The notes under the pieces are model-generated. The model did no database searches. It saw only the letters and a list, made by a program, of their open reading frames with translations, and had not been told where the DNA came from. A stretch of 63,899 nucleotides of DNA, filler included, from Lenisia limosa (lineage: Eukaryota; Protista; Breviatea): assembly GCA_001655205.1 (NCBI GenBank). It is 8 parts of 8 records of this genome, joined end to end, with 100 filler letters (N's around TTAATTAATTAA, not from the genome) between each part and the next. Parts side by side here need not be neighbours in the genome. Positions count along the whole stretch, not along the records: positions 18,344 to 25,551 come from LPNZ01006850.1; positions 25,652 to 43,942 come from LPNZ01002083.1; 6 more parts are not named here. One strand, 5' to 3'. The position numbers were made by a program, and so were the translations under genes. This document shows, in pieces, positions 21,370-35,900 of this stretch. Each line of letters opens with the position of its first letter. Within the stretch, counting starts at the first letter, position 1.

Positions 21370-24300
21370 CACGGACCATTATAGGCCCTCGAACACGGTA
21401 CTTCGTCTCGAGTCCAAAATCTCCAGAGAACTGATTTTCTCTTACGCCTCGACTGCTTCTCGGCTCACTCAAATATCAGTTTTCTCTCGATTTTGGGCTC
21501 TACCTTATCCCCACCATTTCTTCCACCGAAAGGGCTCGCTGGCCTGGGGGTGGCGGAGAGGGGCTTGTACTCATTCTGGGGGTATTAATTCAACACTCGT
21601 TTTCTGCGCCAGAGGGGAGTAAAACGAAGGAAATTCTGATGAAGAATATTGGCGTAAAGGTACAAATCACGAACCGAATGATCTGAAACTCCAAACAACA
21701 ACAACAAAAAACAAAAAAAAAACAAAAACAAGCAAGAACAAACACGAGCAACCAACGCTGACAAAAGCCAGATGGCAAATGAGGGGGGTAAATTCTCAAA
21801 AATCACTCAATCAATATAATACAGTGACAAGGATATCCCCTGGGATATCCGTAGGAAATCGGTCAACTTATCCCGGTCAGTATCAGTATATATATATATA
21901 TTATATATTCCTCCAAAGCCCCAATCAAATACCTTGTCTATGTGGGGTAGTGGGGCTGAGGTAAGGTGTAAGGCAATTCTTGGAACGATAAGGAGAGAGG
22001 GGGTTGAAAGGATCTCTGTACCTCTGTCTGTATAAGCCTCTCACTCTGTGCTCGAATCTGCTGGTTATAGGGATTGAGACTCTACTCTGGCTTTTTTTTA
22101 CACTTGTTCGCTTTTTTTCTTCTTTCAATTTTTTTATTATGATTGAAAAGATTGAAGGTCACGGGGGGGGGGGGGNNNNNNNNNNNNNNNNNNNNNNNNN
22201 NNNNNNNNNNNNNNNNNNNNNNNNNNNNNNNNNNNNNNNNNNNNNNNNNNNNNNNNNNNNNNNNNNNNNNNNNNNNNNNNNNNNNNNNNNNNNNNNNNNN
22301 NNNNNNNNNNNNNNNNNNNNNNNNNNNNNNNNNNNNNNNNNNNNNNNNNNNNNNNNNNNNNNNNNNNNNNNNNNNNNNNNNNNNNNNNNNNNNNNNNNNN
22401 NNNNNNNNNNNNNNNNNNNNNNNNNNNNNNNNNNNNNNNNNNNNNNNNNAAGAAGAAAATAAACCGCTAGTGCTCGATAGGGAAGAACGTTTGGATAGGG
22501 AATCTAAAAGGTAAGAAAATTTCTGCTGTTGAAGAAAAAGAAAAGAAAAGAATAATAGGCACTTCTGAAGGCTCATTCGTAATTAAACTGATAATCCATA
22601 ACAAGACACGCCCAAATGGAATAACACAGGAAAATGAAAGCACAAGAAGCACCAGTATATATGTATATTAGCTGAAATCAACCAACCTAAGCAACTTGCC
22701 AGATTCGGGGTCAGTAGCCTGGGTGATGGCAATTTTCACCACCGGACCAAATAATCGGCCGTCTACCTCCACGTACATGCCGAGTTTTTGGTCATGAACG
22801 GCAACCTTTGTGGTAAACGTGGGCGGCATGGTAATTTGTTTATGGTATCCCTATGTATTTATTTGTTTCCCAAGATTTCTAATTTATTCAAAAAAAATGA
22901 AACACAGCATGCTCGCGTGGTGGAGCGAAGGAATTAATGTCGTTGATTGAATTGATTTTTANNNNNNNNNNNNNNNNNNNNNNNNNNNNNNNNNNNNNNN
23001 NNNNNNNNNNNNNNNNNNNNNNNNNNNNNNNNNNNNNNNNNNNNNNNNNNNNNNNNNNNNNNNNNNNNNNNNNNNNNNNNNNNNNNNNCAGAATATCGAT
23101 ATTTATCGAGCATTTATCAAGATACTCGGTCTTTTTTGGAACCTTAGGGAAGCCCTGTGGCGCGGCCGTGACGCATACCTCGATTTCAGTGCATGCGAAC
23201 CTTCTGGCGTTGTCCATCCTCCCGGCCTGGAGGCATGAAAATGGAAAATTTACGAAACAACAGCAACAACAAAAAACAAAACAATTCTATTGAGTATAAA
23301 TCAATTATTGATAAACAAGTGGGGTTCGGGGTATAACTCTCACCTTATATCTCTTTTTGTTATCAGCCTCGAAGAGCTGAACCTCAAGCTCTTCTCGGGA
23401 AGGGTGTGCTGAAGAATAGCCAAGCTGGGGGGGGGGGAGTAAAACGATGGAAATTTCAATGAAGAATATTGGCGTAACGGTACTAATCACGAACTGAATA
23501 ATCTGAAACTCCAAACAAACAAAAAAAAAAACAAGCAATAACAAACGCGAGCAAACGAAGCTTAAACTAGACAAAAACCAGATGACAAAAACACAAACAC
23601 AAAAACACGGGGTGTGTGGTGAATAATACTAATAGGCCATAAGGACAAGATTACTGAATTCGAATTCCCATTTTGGGAATCCCATAAATTTCTTCGGATT
23701 TTTATAAAGTTACATGGGATTCCTATGCGCGTAGTGTAAGGTAATGTGTAAGGGTAACCAAGCAACTCGCACACCATTTCCTCGGGGTTAGGGGTGTTGA
23801 TAATGGAGACGCCAAGTAGACTCTTTGCCTGAAAGATGACAAATGCAGGACAATTGCAATGTTGAAGAATATTTCAACACTGGTTTAATAAAACTAGACA
23901 AAAAAAAAGAAAAAAGAAAGGCACAAAGAGAGAGAGAGNNNNNNNNNNNNNNNNNNNNNNNNNNNNNNNNNNNNNNNNNNNNNNNNNNNNNNNNNNNNNN
24001 NNNNNNNNNNNNNNNNNNNNNNNNNNNNNNNNNNNNNNNNNNNNNNNNNNNNNNNNNNNNNNNNNNNNNNNNNNNNNNNNNNNNNNNNNNNNNNNNNNNN
24101 NNNNNNNNNNNNNNNNNNNNNNNNNNNNNNNNNNNNNNNNNNNNNNNNNNNNNNNNNNNNNNNNNNNNNNNACAATAATTTCTTTATCATAACATAGCAT
24201 CTCACCTGGATAACGGTTTTGATGGTTTTGTTCATCTTGCGGTTGACAAACTTGTACGTCACGGTCATAGTCTGAACAAGTGATGCTGGGTGGGAGGAAG

Positions 24301-25551
24301 GGGCAAAATGTTCTTGGTTCCAAAAGGAAATAACACCTCGTACCTGGGCGTCGTATTTGAAGTTTTTATGAGCAAGTACTTCCTGGAGGGACATGGTATC
24401 CGGCAGTTTCTTCTCTGTCCTGAACCAGGCGGCTACGGCAGCCACACCAACCTCCACGCGCTGCATGGTAGGCACCTACACATTGTGAGTGAAGGGTTTG
24501 AAAAGATGTGAGAAGCCAGGAAAAAGGAAGGAATTTTGCTGGAAGGAGCTGGTAAATGGCTGCATAACGGCAAATGGTATTCGTTACAAAATAGGGCATG
24601 AATGTGAAATCCTGTATCTTTAGCCCTTCGTACGCCTTTTGCAAGGAGAGTGGTTTTAAGTGGTGCTGTGTATTGATACCCCAAGATTCAATCCGATCTT
24701 TTCCTTGCACCCAAAAGAATCAACATACCGAGAAGTAGAGGGCAGATGAGCTGGTGGAGTTGACCGACCTAAAGTGGTGAGACTCGGTCCGGCCCCTCTT
24801 CTTTTTTTCAATTTGGAAAAAAAAAAAAAACTAGGTTGCCCCCCCGCCCCCTTCAGATTTCCCTCTAGAAAAACTGGTCAAGACTACCTATGCTCAGTTT
24901 GCATTATGTTTATTACGTAGATTGTACTAAAAGTGTTTTTGTGTTCTCAAAAAAGTTTTAATGCTCCCAAGCAGCCAACCTGGCGAGCCCCCAGCATTGG
25001 ACGTGATAGACCTGCATGTCGACTGTGTTTCGGGCCTGGGGAGGGGGGGTGACAATGGAAGATTGATGAAACAAAAAAACACAAGCACAACTCTGCCGTG
25101 AAAGGAAGATGAATGAAACATCGTTGACTCAGTTGGCTTAACTTGAAAACACAATGGTTTGAAAACTACAAAACAAAAGAAGACCAGCAGTAGCCTCTAC
25201 ACACCACCCCAAAACTCCAGCGCACAAATTAAAACAAAAAGAATACTTGACAAAAGGATAAAGTAAAAACAAATATAATAGCGTGTCAGCAAGTAATAGG
25301 CGCGGGTACAATGTGGCACATCGAACTGGGATTCCCATAAATTTCTTCAAATTTTCCTAAAATTCCATGGGATTCACATGTAAAATATGGGAATTCCAAC
25401 GTTTTCACAAGAATCCAAAGTCAATGCGCAGTAGTGTACAAGCCCAGATGGCTACCTGGTTAAGGAAGAGGGAAAGTTCGCGTTTGATCAAGGCCATAGG
25501 GTGAGGGTTGTGGAAGATGTCCTCCTTTGTTGAAGCCTTGTTGTCCCAATC
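21370..25551 (-). CDS. Multi-exon gene of unknown function, 5'-truncated at scaffold end
   Basis: In-phase GT-AG exons: DWDNKASTKEDIFHNPHPMALIKRELSLFLNQ; PTMQRVEVGVAAVAAWFRTEKKLP...KYDAQ|TMTVTYKFVNRKMNKTIKTVIQ|AKSLLGVSIINTPNPEEM|LGYSSAHPSREELEVQLFEADNKKRYK|AGRMDNARRFACTEIE|...VAVHDQKLGMYVEVDGRLFGPVVKIAITQ; no family recognised; 3' end uncertain. Confidence 0.7.
21618..21780 (-). repeat. Repeat family C long variant
   Basis: Close match to 23423-23600: tttggagtttcagat(c/t)attc(g/a)gttcgtgatt...tacgccaatattcttcat...aattt..cgttttactccc. Confidence 0.85.
23423..23600 (-). repeat. Repeat family C long variant ending at a splice acceptor
   Basis: Ends ...gaaatttccatcgttttactc-C-run-ag|cttggc (exon LGYSSAHP). 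Confidence 0.85.
23655..23725. repeat. Repeat family D (GGGATTCCCA palindromic repeat)
   Basis: gggaatcccataaatttcttc...catgggattc, shared with 25325-25400 and related to the 37750-37799 hairpin. Confidence 0.65.
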
Positions 25552-25651
25552 NNNNNNNNNNNNNNNNNNNNNNNNNNNNNNNNNNNNNNNNNNNNTTAAT
25601 TAATTAANNNNNNNNNNNNNNNNNNNNNNNNNNNNNNNNNNNNNNNNNNNN
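25552..25651. other. Artificial scaffold linker
   Basis: N44-TTAATTAATTAA (25596-25607)-N44. Confidence 0.98.
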
Positions 25652-25849
25652 ATAATAATAATAATAATAAAATACTAATCAATGGGGGGGAAGCTGCCAT
25701 TGGACTAAACAGAATAATAGTACATATGAAAGCTATGTGTCCCGCATGGTAGAAAAGTGAGAAAAAAAAAATAGGTTGCAATATGGTGGAGAGATAGAAC
25801 AGAAAAAACTATATTACTACTTTTACTGCGCTCCGAAAACCCACTTTTC

Positions 25850-28800
25850 TCTTTAGAGCGTTGGGAGAGTTCTCCGCATTGACCATACGTGAGGGCGGAT
25901 TCATATCGTAGGAACGGGGGGAATCTGGGGGTCAGAGCAATCTTACACAATCCAATATAAACCAGAAGAACCGCCTTCAAAGGGTTTAATGAATTAAAGA
26001 GTCGAGGAGTTAACATGAGATAGGGTTAGACTGATGGAGGGAAGTAAAACCATGTTTGTTCTTCAAATGATGCACAGTTCTGCTGATCCAAACTAAATGT
26101 TGTACTTTAAAACAACGATCACCTATTCCATGAGATTCCCCGACCTACTTGAGAAAGAGGAAGGGGGTGATGGGGGCTCAGCTGCAAGTCTGGGCTTAGA
26201 TGGGACAATGGGGGAACCGTTCGGTCCTGGTATTGGTAAGAAGGGCAATTGGGTCATCATCTCATGAAACCCTGGTATTATTGACCTTTGCGCTGGTAGA
26301 TCGTCATGCAAGTTCAGCGTATGCTTTTAAGTTCAAGAGTATTGTGGAATATATTGTTGGAGTAGATAATAATACTTAGTAATTATATTTGGGATGAAAA
26401 AATCAATACATCCATCACCCACGGTGCTTCTGTATCAACGGTTCAGGCTGTTTGGGGGAATCTGCATCTAAATTGTCACAATCAACGATAAAGATCAAAT
26501 ATATAGTTCTTGTATCTCACAGGAAAACATCCATACCTCTTCCATTATCCCTCCCTTGATAGAAAAACAAACCAGACTTGCTAACCCCTGCACAAATAAT
26601 TGCCCACTCCTACCCCTTGCTGGACACTGGAGGGCGGGACTGTCGTTTCGCAGTTTACTTTGTGCTACTTGTACGTTCTCAATACTGGTAAAGCTGGGAG
26701 GCTCCGAGTCGAGAGAGAGAATGTCAAAATCATCGTCCTCTTGTGAGAGCTCTGCAAATAGTAAAAACAAACAGTGAATTCAGCTTGTAAAATATTCCCC
26801 TGAAAAAAAAAAAGCAGTATTTCACTCAACTATTCTTCATTAGCCTCGTCATTTATAAATATTACCCCTCACCATGCAGACCTCCAACAGGACTGAGTCG
26901 TTCTGAAACCACACCTCGTTGGCCTGGAATGCGAATGAAAAACTAGAGAACATCTGATATTTTCGCTGCCCCTGTTTTTTTTTTGTTTTGTTAATGAAGA
27001 GACAGGTAGCAAAATAAAGGAGGAGAATGCACAAATTTCTTGCAGTAAAGTGAAGCTATAAGTTGAACCTTTAACATCTATTTCTTCGGAGACTTCAGCT
27101 TCACAACAGAGATCTGCCCCTCACCCGCATTACTCGAAACGCTGCTTGAGTTCAGCCGGTTCAACGAGGGCATGGGTGACTCCGATAGGACCGAAATACT
27201 CTCCAGCGACACCATTGGTGAAACGTTCTGTCGGTGTTTCGACATGTCACACGGACTCATGGGCTAAGATGATAAAAACACAGGAGATTTTTCAGGATGA
27301 TAGCCTTCATTTCGACATACTATATTATGAGGTAAACGTGATTTGGACGTTTTTGATTCCGTAAAAATACAAAAAAAAATGATAATAATAAGCAGCATTA
27401 GTCAGAGACGGTACTTTTAATCAAGCTCACCAGCTCAGTATCATCATCGACAACAGTTTGACTAGACACCCTATTGAACGTGGGTGTTGGCAGCCCTTCA
27501 GGGTGAGTATTGAAAATACAAATGAATGCGGGGATAGTTGATTTCTTTATATGACTCAAGGAGAAATCATGTTGTTTATACTTTTCTTCATATTTACATC
27601 ACATTACAATGAATAAAATAACACCCCTGATCAGGGGCACCTACCATTGGAAGGGGGTTGAGGAGAGGCTGGTATCTGCAAAGGTCAGGGGCGGATGGTC
27701 AAAGTCAGACCCACATTTTACACACATTTTGTAGAATCAATCCGAATAATCCAACACGTTTGAGGACACTTACCCACAAACTAATAAATTCACCCAATCC
27801 ACAATCTGTCTGCGTATTTAATTATGTTATAATTATTCCATAGAAACGGATATGGTATACGATATATCGATGTACTATATTATAATAAGATATATCTGAT
27901 ATGTATGTACTACATTGTATATTCGATGAGGAGGAGGCGCGTAGCATTGTGATAAATGTCCAGGACCGAAACACCCTACCACTCCCACAGGGTTGGAGTG
28001 GTCATGTGAAGGAAGGTTGGAAGGTAAGGCGTCTAAACAGTAAGCATTTTATTCAAGACACTTAAGGGATATTCAAAATACCGCGGATTGCAGCATTAAA
28101 AGTCTGTATTGGAGTATTGCCTACCTTTTGTGCTGGAGAGAGCGACAGGTTTTTCGGAAGAACAATGGTCAAGAAAATCCTAAAACGTGAGAAGCTTGGT
28201 AATACACAAGATCTGTAGAGCCATCTTCTCCGTTTTTTTACCTCAGAAAGACCTACAATAATAGCGAATGTACTTGAATGAACATTCCAAAAACCCCTTC
28301 GATCCCGCCAACCATCCCATAGAGGTCAGAAATGTCAGTGATCTGCTGTGAACTGAGGTTTTTGACACTTTGAGGAGTGGCTAAAGTGTCAACCCATTGA
28401 GTGCCCATAAAAACAATATCTATTTTCAGAACAAATATTGACGTAGTTTTATCTTCAAATTACCAGGAATCTGTAAATATTGAACGAAAATGAAACAATA
28501 GACCGCAATAATATGGAACCTGTACGGAAAGATATCAAACACCAGAGTCACAGGGGGCGTACAGGGACTTGTTTGCGGTGTTGACCATTGTGAAGGTGTC
28601 GTCGGGGGTGTTACCGAGATCTGGTGAGGGAGTGGAGTATGAAACAGACAAACCCAAAAACAAGTGAGAGTAAAAGCGCGAAAATGGGACTACTATTCGT
28701 CAAATGAGAAAAGAGACATTCATTAAATAAATTAAAATCCTTGATTTTGGATGATGAAGAAAGATGATAGATCAACAATAAAGGAATATGTTTAAATCAA

Positions 28801-31800
28801 GGCGGTGTGGGGTCGAGGTCCCGATTTTGACTATCCTCAAAATAATGGGCTTGTATATAAAACTGACCTGGGTAGAACAATCTGCTTTCCTGGTGCAAGT
28901 GTAGTGAGTTCGATACCCCTATTACTATTATTATTGCTTTATAGTACCATAGTACCCCTAGATTTAAGTGTTTAACCGTAAAAAACAATGCGCGGTCTTA
29001 TCCTATTCTCTCACATATATAGTTCTCATACAGCGGTTCTCTTACTACAAAGTTTCAAATCCAAAGTTTATAAGTTAATGGTATACAGGTCAGTTCGTCT
29101 TTGGGTATCAGTAACCTTCTTGCATCTGCATCGCATCAGACAGTTCGCCCACCGCCTTGGTTTAAATATTAAAAAACCAAAGTAAAATATGGGCGTTTTT
29201 ACAGCAATGAGAAATAAAAAAATAAGATTGTGTGTAATATTAATAATTGCATACATTTGATGTTTGCTGGCTGGAGGACTTGGAAAACGACGACATGATA
29301 GACGGCTGCTTCTTCCTTGGCTTCTTTGTTGAAGATCGAGGCTGTAAACCTGGAAGACCGGTCTGGGGGGANNNNNNNNNNNNNNNNNNNNNNNNNNNNN
29401 NNNNNNNNNNNNNNNNNNNNNNNNNNNNNNNNNNNNNNNNNNNNNNNNNNNNNNNNNNNNNNNNNNNNNNNNNNNNNNNNNNNNNNNNNNNNCTGCACCA
29501 CTAAGCCAATAAATATGGAATTTTGATAAGTAACAATAACTCAGCTTAGTGCTCTGATAATTATATTATCCCACTGCATATCCTTCCATTATATGATATC
29601 ATATAAATACATGTACCAGTGTAACAATATATATCGATATGTATAATATAACCCCACGTACGGCAGACACTGCACTGAACGGGTAGACTGTGCAGGTTTC
29701 CACGTACCATGCCCGATTGTCCATTACAAATGAGGGCTCAATAAGAGGCTAAAGAGTGAGATACAGCTCTGGAGGAATGTTACGGGAATATTATCTGATA
29801 CAACTACATATGAAAGTAAATAATGCACATGACAGTATTCCATATATACTAATTACTTACACGCATACATAATATGAATGAAAAAATATATATACTTATT
29901 ATGCATATGTGCACTGTTATTCCACATGACACCCTACCTTGTTGAAAGGGGCCTTCTGGGCAACATTGTTGAGTGCAGCCACTACGTGCTCATTGAACCA
30001 GAAGGGCGAAAACTCGGACTTCTTCAGCCTGCAGCCGTAAGAATGTAACAATTACTTCGCTTCAACTAATACTAGACATAGGAAGCTGAAAGCCAAAGAG
30101 TACCCTGTATTGAACACTGATAGTAGAACAATACAGGTTACATATCATATCATATCATATGTATCTATTCATCTATTAATACTTAAGGATCCATTTCCGT
30201 CTTCCTTATCAAAGCGGCACCTAACAAATACCTAAAACCCTACAACTAGCCAACCTGAAAGCAAAGAGAAGAGACGTCGGTCGGTCAGTGCACAGCAAAG
30301 TGAAGGGAAGGAACTTCTCCCTGCCTGGCCCTCGAGGCTGCGGGTTGAGAGAAGTGGACAAATGCTTGGAGCAAAACCTCCTCCATATCATACCATAGAA
30401 TGAAGTAGACCACTGACAAAGGTGAAGAAAAGGTTCAATCGCGTCATCTCTGACACCTGTTGCATTAATTACGGAATATTAGGTTTGTTGACAACGCTAC
30501 TGAACTCTTCAAGTCTTCTTCGCGATAATCAGAAAAGTCACAAACCTCCGGAAACACTTTTTGCTCATAGAGCTTCTGGGTGGACACTATCTCCTTATTC
30601 ACTGCGTAAGGAACGATGCTGTCCAAAAGTTGAATTAGCAGCTCAAATGCCCCTAAATTGGGTTAAGGTTTGTGTTTCTATGATTTAATGAAACAAAAGC
30701 AAAAAGAATCCCTCAAACGATCAAAGAACTCTTCATTTTTACCATAATTGTAGATCTCAATCCTAAAGAGTATGAGGAAACTGAACACACCCATTTTGAA
30801 ATAAAAATGGGAAAGGGATATGTGAGAGAATAATGGTAGCGAACCAGTTTTGTCCAAAACAAGAGTCGCCTAAGTCTCCAACAGGTTCAATTCTAAACGA
30901 GCTTTCTCGAAACTATTGTGGTCAAAATTTGAGCATTGTTGCAACAAATCGGAAGAGAAGGGATCATGTACCCTCGCTTACCTTGTAGATGTTGCAAACT
31001 TTGTCGAACTTTTCAGGAAGTTCAGCGAGGTTCGCAGCAGCAGTTACAAACTTTGGCAGGCAGCGTAGATACTCTGGCTCCGCAGCCTATAATTATAACT
31101 TAATTGAGGCAACAGGGATATGAAGGTAGCAATGTGACCAAGCAATATGCAGAGGTAGAGATGATAAAAAATATTGTTGTATCTGACCGAAACCATGGCC
31201 ACGCAATACCCGGCTTACATCCTCAACTGTGAAGTCCCTCAACGGTTTCACAAATAGTCGCTGGTACTTGCCGCCAAAGAGTGAAGACTGGAGCGTAGTC
31301 TGATCCTGCAATGTGAAGAGAAACACTTTCAAAGGCTATGGCGATAGAGAAATATATATATTGTAAGAAACAATGTTCACAAGACGTAGGTTTTTGAAGA
31401 ATGGACAGGTCATACATATCCTTTTTCTAAGAGATCTTTGGCTTTCAAAATTGCAGGGGCCATGATGGAGAGAATAGCTAGGGAAAGGCGCATTTCGTTG
31501 ATTTTGCCGAATCGGTGGACTGGTGCATCGAATAAATAGTCTGAATGGTTATTACGTATTTGTAGTAGTACATACTGCACCAAGTGATTGACTATTCTGA
31601 AAATTGATATGTAAATTGCACGACTTTCAAACAAAATTATATCATATTACCTTGTGAATACCACAATTATAAGGCTGAGAAATGCACAGAATATTATCGA
31701 AGATATATATAAAAATAATCACTACGTTATAATAACTCACTTCGTAAAAGGACACATCGTTCAGTTGCTGGCATTTCCATCAAGGCCAACTCTTTGTAAA

Positions 31801-32658
31801 GCTACACAATAAGTTGGAAGGAATTCTTATGTTTAAACAAAGAAATTGGCCTAAAGGGTCGGATAATCAATAAGAAACGCACACACCGTTTCTGTTGTCT
31901 TCACCATATGCGTTTTGAGGTCCCCAAGGGAAGGCATAACTTCAGTGAGAATATCATTTTTAACCTGAATATATCAAATCCAGATCCATAACAAAAGACT
32001 GCAAAAAGACTCCCTCAAACCGCAGTGATTGAATCCTCGGCAGAGGTCGAGAGGTGCTCTTCGATATCGGAACAGGCCGCCTGAGTAGTGTTCAGGAGCT
32101 TCAAACCGTGCTCAATATCCTGAAGTTCAATATGTGTAACTTCGTAGGTGCTTTTCTGTTCAGCATAATTGGCCACTCGCGATGGTGTTGGTGGAATGTT
32201 GATTGTTTCTTTGAGAGCAACGGGGAAAGGCACCCAAAGAGGAACCATGCCAGGACCTAAATTGTCAGAAAAACTTGAGTACAGAATCAGAAAAAAGATA
32301 ACATACATATATAATGGGGTTCAATAAGGTTTTTCATTAAAATCAAAAGGTTCCCTGGCTGGGTTTCACCTTTAACAAAGAACGCAAAATTAACAGTAAC
32401 ACCACAATACTCCTGACCAACGGCACAGACCCACATACCAGGTGGAACATATACAGGAACGGGTCCTGTATTGGGGGCAAGCGAAATGTTCGCATTTGGT
32501 TCAAGACTGATTGCATCACTGCTCAGGCGGTTCTGAAGATACTTCAAGGGATCGAAAGAGGGGGTTCGTGATACACCAGGAGTACATGGGGTGGAGGGGA
32601 AGTAATCTGACGTTGCCGTTGTTCCATGACTGCCTTGTGAGTTGTCCTCAGACTCCAT
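25850..32658 (-). CDS. Large multi-exon gene of unknown function (over 20 exons; could be two genes), Ser/Pro-rich C-terminal part
   Basis: ATG at 32658 (MESEDNSQGSHG...); regular GT-AG exons, e.g. DQTTLQSSLFGGKYQRLFVKPLRDFTVED, VHRFGKINEMRLSLAILSIMAPAILKAKDLLEKGY, RLKKSEFSPFWFNEHVVAALNNVAQKAPFNK, then low-complexity S/P exons from 29370 to 25850. Confidence 0.65.
28798..29159. mobile_element. Intronic inverted-repeat element (about 360 bp) with CAAGGCGGTG termini
   Basis: tttaaatcaaggcggtg (28791-28807) and caccgccttggtttaaa (29150-29166), 17 bp with one mismatch. Confidence 0.75.
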
Positions 32659-32979
32659 TATCATGAGGGGAGGCGAGGGGTGAAAGATCACCCAAACTCC
32701 ATGATAGACAAAAAAATGGCGGGACAAAAAACAATTTGGATGGGAGTAAGTTCTGTTTTATTTCAGGGCTTTTTTTATCCTTAATCCTCTGCTGCTTTGG
32801 CAAAAAGGCACCAAAAGCACGTTTTTTGTTGTCTTTCAATATCGCATCCCCAGGTTATATACCTCCTTATTGAATAAATTCACAACCCACGAACTGAAAC
32901 ACAAAACAAAAAAGAGAGAAGAAGGAAGTGAGAGAAGAGGAGGAGACGCAAGCCTGAAGAAGTCTTGAAAGCTTCACCT

Positions 32980-35900
32980 AATGTTTACACTATTACATTT
33001 GCTGGGCTCTCCTGTTGATCTATTGTCCAGAGTATGCCATATTCATTTAATATTCTTATATTTCTCTAGTACTACACGGGCAAAAACACCATAAAGCCTT
33101 TACTACTGGTGTTTTGTTCGGTTCTTCTTTTAGGAGTTCTCTTTCAGTTCTACCACAGCATCTATGAGGTGGAATACAATGATACGATTCTATGGGTCCC
33201 GAAAGTTGGTTTAATTGGAGACTCTTCTATTCACGTAATATGCAAACTGTCTTCTTGTCCTCTTCTGAATAGCTAAAGTTATAATTATTGTATTATTTTA
33301 TTTTTAGTGAGATACTCGCATATTTTGGCCAACCCCTGTAGAACGGACAGGAGCTTGCAGGGAAAGAGCGGAAAGAAGAGCTTTTTGGCAGAAACCGAAT
33401 GGAAAGCGTAATATTGATGAGCAATAATGAAAGGGGTAAGCAGGAAGGAGTAGTTCATGCATAGAAACTTGTGAGTAGGGATACTGGTTCGTTTTGATTC
33501 TGATTTCTTCTTGGAACTCTTCTGAGAATTTCAATGTTTCTTTTATTGACAATGAAGATGATGTAATTCAAAAACCCGTATTGGAGAAAGCCTTTGATTT
33601 CTACGAAGAGCTCCTCGGAGTGTACGTGAATGTTAACAACAGTTGGGGGGGGGGATCATACAACGTTAAAAATCGATTTCGTGTTGTGTGACCGAATCAG
33701 CCAAGAAAGGACTGGCTGAATTGGCGCCCCGACCGTTCCCAGCCATGGACTACTACCTCCACTTCTCCCCCCTTCAATTTTGGCAAGAGATGGTGATGAA
33801 TATGCAGGTTTGTTTGCTGATATTTACTTGGACATCCCATATTAATGCTTGAAGATTAATACTATCCTCATGGCATCATTTGATAAATTCCTTGAAAATA
33901 ATCCCGGAATAATACTGGGAGGAGTCAAACATTTTTTTTCTGGTGGAATATTTGTTTTAAATATAATCTTGATATTGATTCTTTAGGATTCTGATGACTT
34001 GCACGCAGATGTCAGTACCAATAAAATCACCATCACTGGACCAAGTAAGACCACATTCTTCTTGTACATTAACACCATAGTACAACAATGGTAACGAAGA
34101 CTCATATTTGGATATGCTGCTCTTGATGATGATAACTTTTTTGAACTATTTACTGAATATTACAGTTCTACAAAGCATGATGATTGGTGGTGTTGTTTCC
34201 AAAAGACAGCCGGTATGTTTGGAATCACTTGACACTTTTCAAAATTGCTCTTATTAAGATCCAACGAATTAATTTTAATTGATTCCTAGACTATGGCATG
34301 ATGATAGATTCCTCACAGCTGTTAAAACTTTACTTTAAAAGATGAAAATTTGTTTAAAAAATTTTAGACAGATGTTATGGATGCCGTTCCTGTTGATAAG
34401 GCTACGGCACTGAAGTTTTGGCTCTATCTCGATGATAGCAATAACCTGAGGGAGCAGGTCCCAGATTGGGTGGGAATTTTTTGAATTTTTTCTGATGATT
34501 TTGTTGATAACAAATAATAGGTGTCTCTATGACAGTTTCTTTGTTCACTCTTCAGAATGACAAGATGAAAGATTATGAATCGAATCTGGTCGACTTTTTG
34601 GAAGAGTCAGACGGTACCAACTTCACCGTCTATCGCTATACTCAGGTACTGACCGCACAGAATTGAGATATCTAATAGGGTCTCCTCACTTCTTGCTAAC
34701 AATCAAAGAATATGGCAGGATCCGCTATGCTGAACCAAGTCAATAAATCCATCCCAGCTGCCATTTCCACTGCTGCTGTATTTACGCTGCTCTTTGTTAT
34801 TATGTGGAGTGTTCTCTACAAACCTTCTTCAAAGGTACCCACATCTTATCCTTCTTTGTATTTTCGAATTTCAATTTTAACTTTATTTAGGTCGCATTCA
34901 AATATTGGCTTCTGGTTGGGCTTCTTATCACACCGTGCATGATGCTGTTTGATGGGTTGCCAAAACTGCTGTCGACACGGAGCAATACAACTTTACCATT
35001 GTAGCACCTCCATTCTCGGACTTGAAGTTTTGGCTTTTTTCGGACACATACAACATGCAATGTCATTCACAGCTATCTGTATGGCATTCATTCTAGGTTT
35101 GTACAGAGTATAATCTCAAATATTAGTTTTTTTGGGTTTACATTCCAGAATCCATATTGTCAATTTACTGTGGAAGTCTCTACATGCACGCGAGAAGGCA
35201 CAGGTATATTGGATTTTCAGCTCACAAGAAAATGTAACACACTATATCTCTTGATCTCTAGTTTGATGCGATTGATTTTGAAGTCCCAATGTATTATTCA
35301 TGGACACTTTTTCACCTTTAAGAGTGTCGCATATTCCGTGGCCAGAATCCTATGCAACAACCCGAACCGCTCTTGTTCATTTCATGATCATATTCATTAT
35401 ATGCTCTACAGGCGTGGCAACGTATTACACCTCACAAGTGGAAGGTACTGGAGGAAACACTGTGCAATTTTGTACATGCGATAAATCTTATAGTATCATA
35501 TATGATTAATATCCCAGGCTTCCGTAAGACAGGCCTGGAGATTGCAGCTACGGCGGCGGGGACATTGGTATTTTCACTGCTTCTTTTGCCCCTGCTTCTG
35601 GCGGTGAGAACAGTTCTGGATAGAAGATGAACCAGCGTGTTACTGTTTTCATTTTTTGTGTAGATTTGTATTTTAAAATTTAACCCTTCCAATATTGCAT
35701 TTTGAACTCCTCTATTTGTATTTTCTCTGTTTTGTGGAATTTTCTTGTCAGTATCTTATTGTGTTTTTAGATTTGTGAAAGTGCTGCTGCCCAGAGAGAT
35801 CAGAAAGATGAATTGTCTGCATCACTTCTCAATAATGATTCAAGTAAGTTGACACTCTTTTACCTAACCTAATGCATACCATTGTGTATATTTTCACTGG

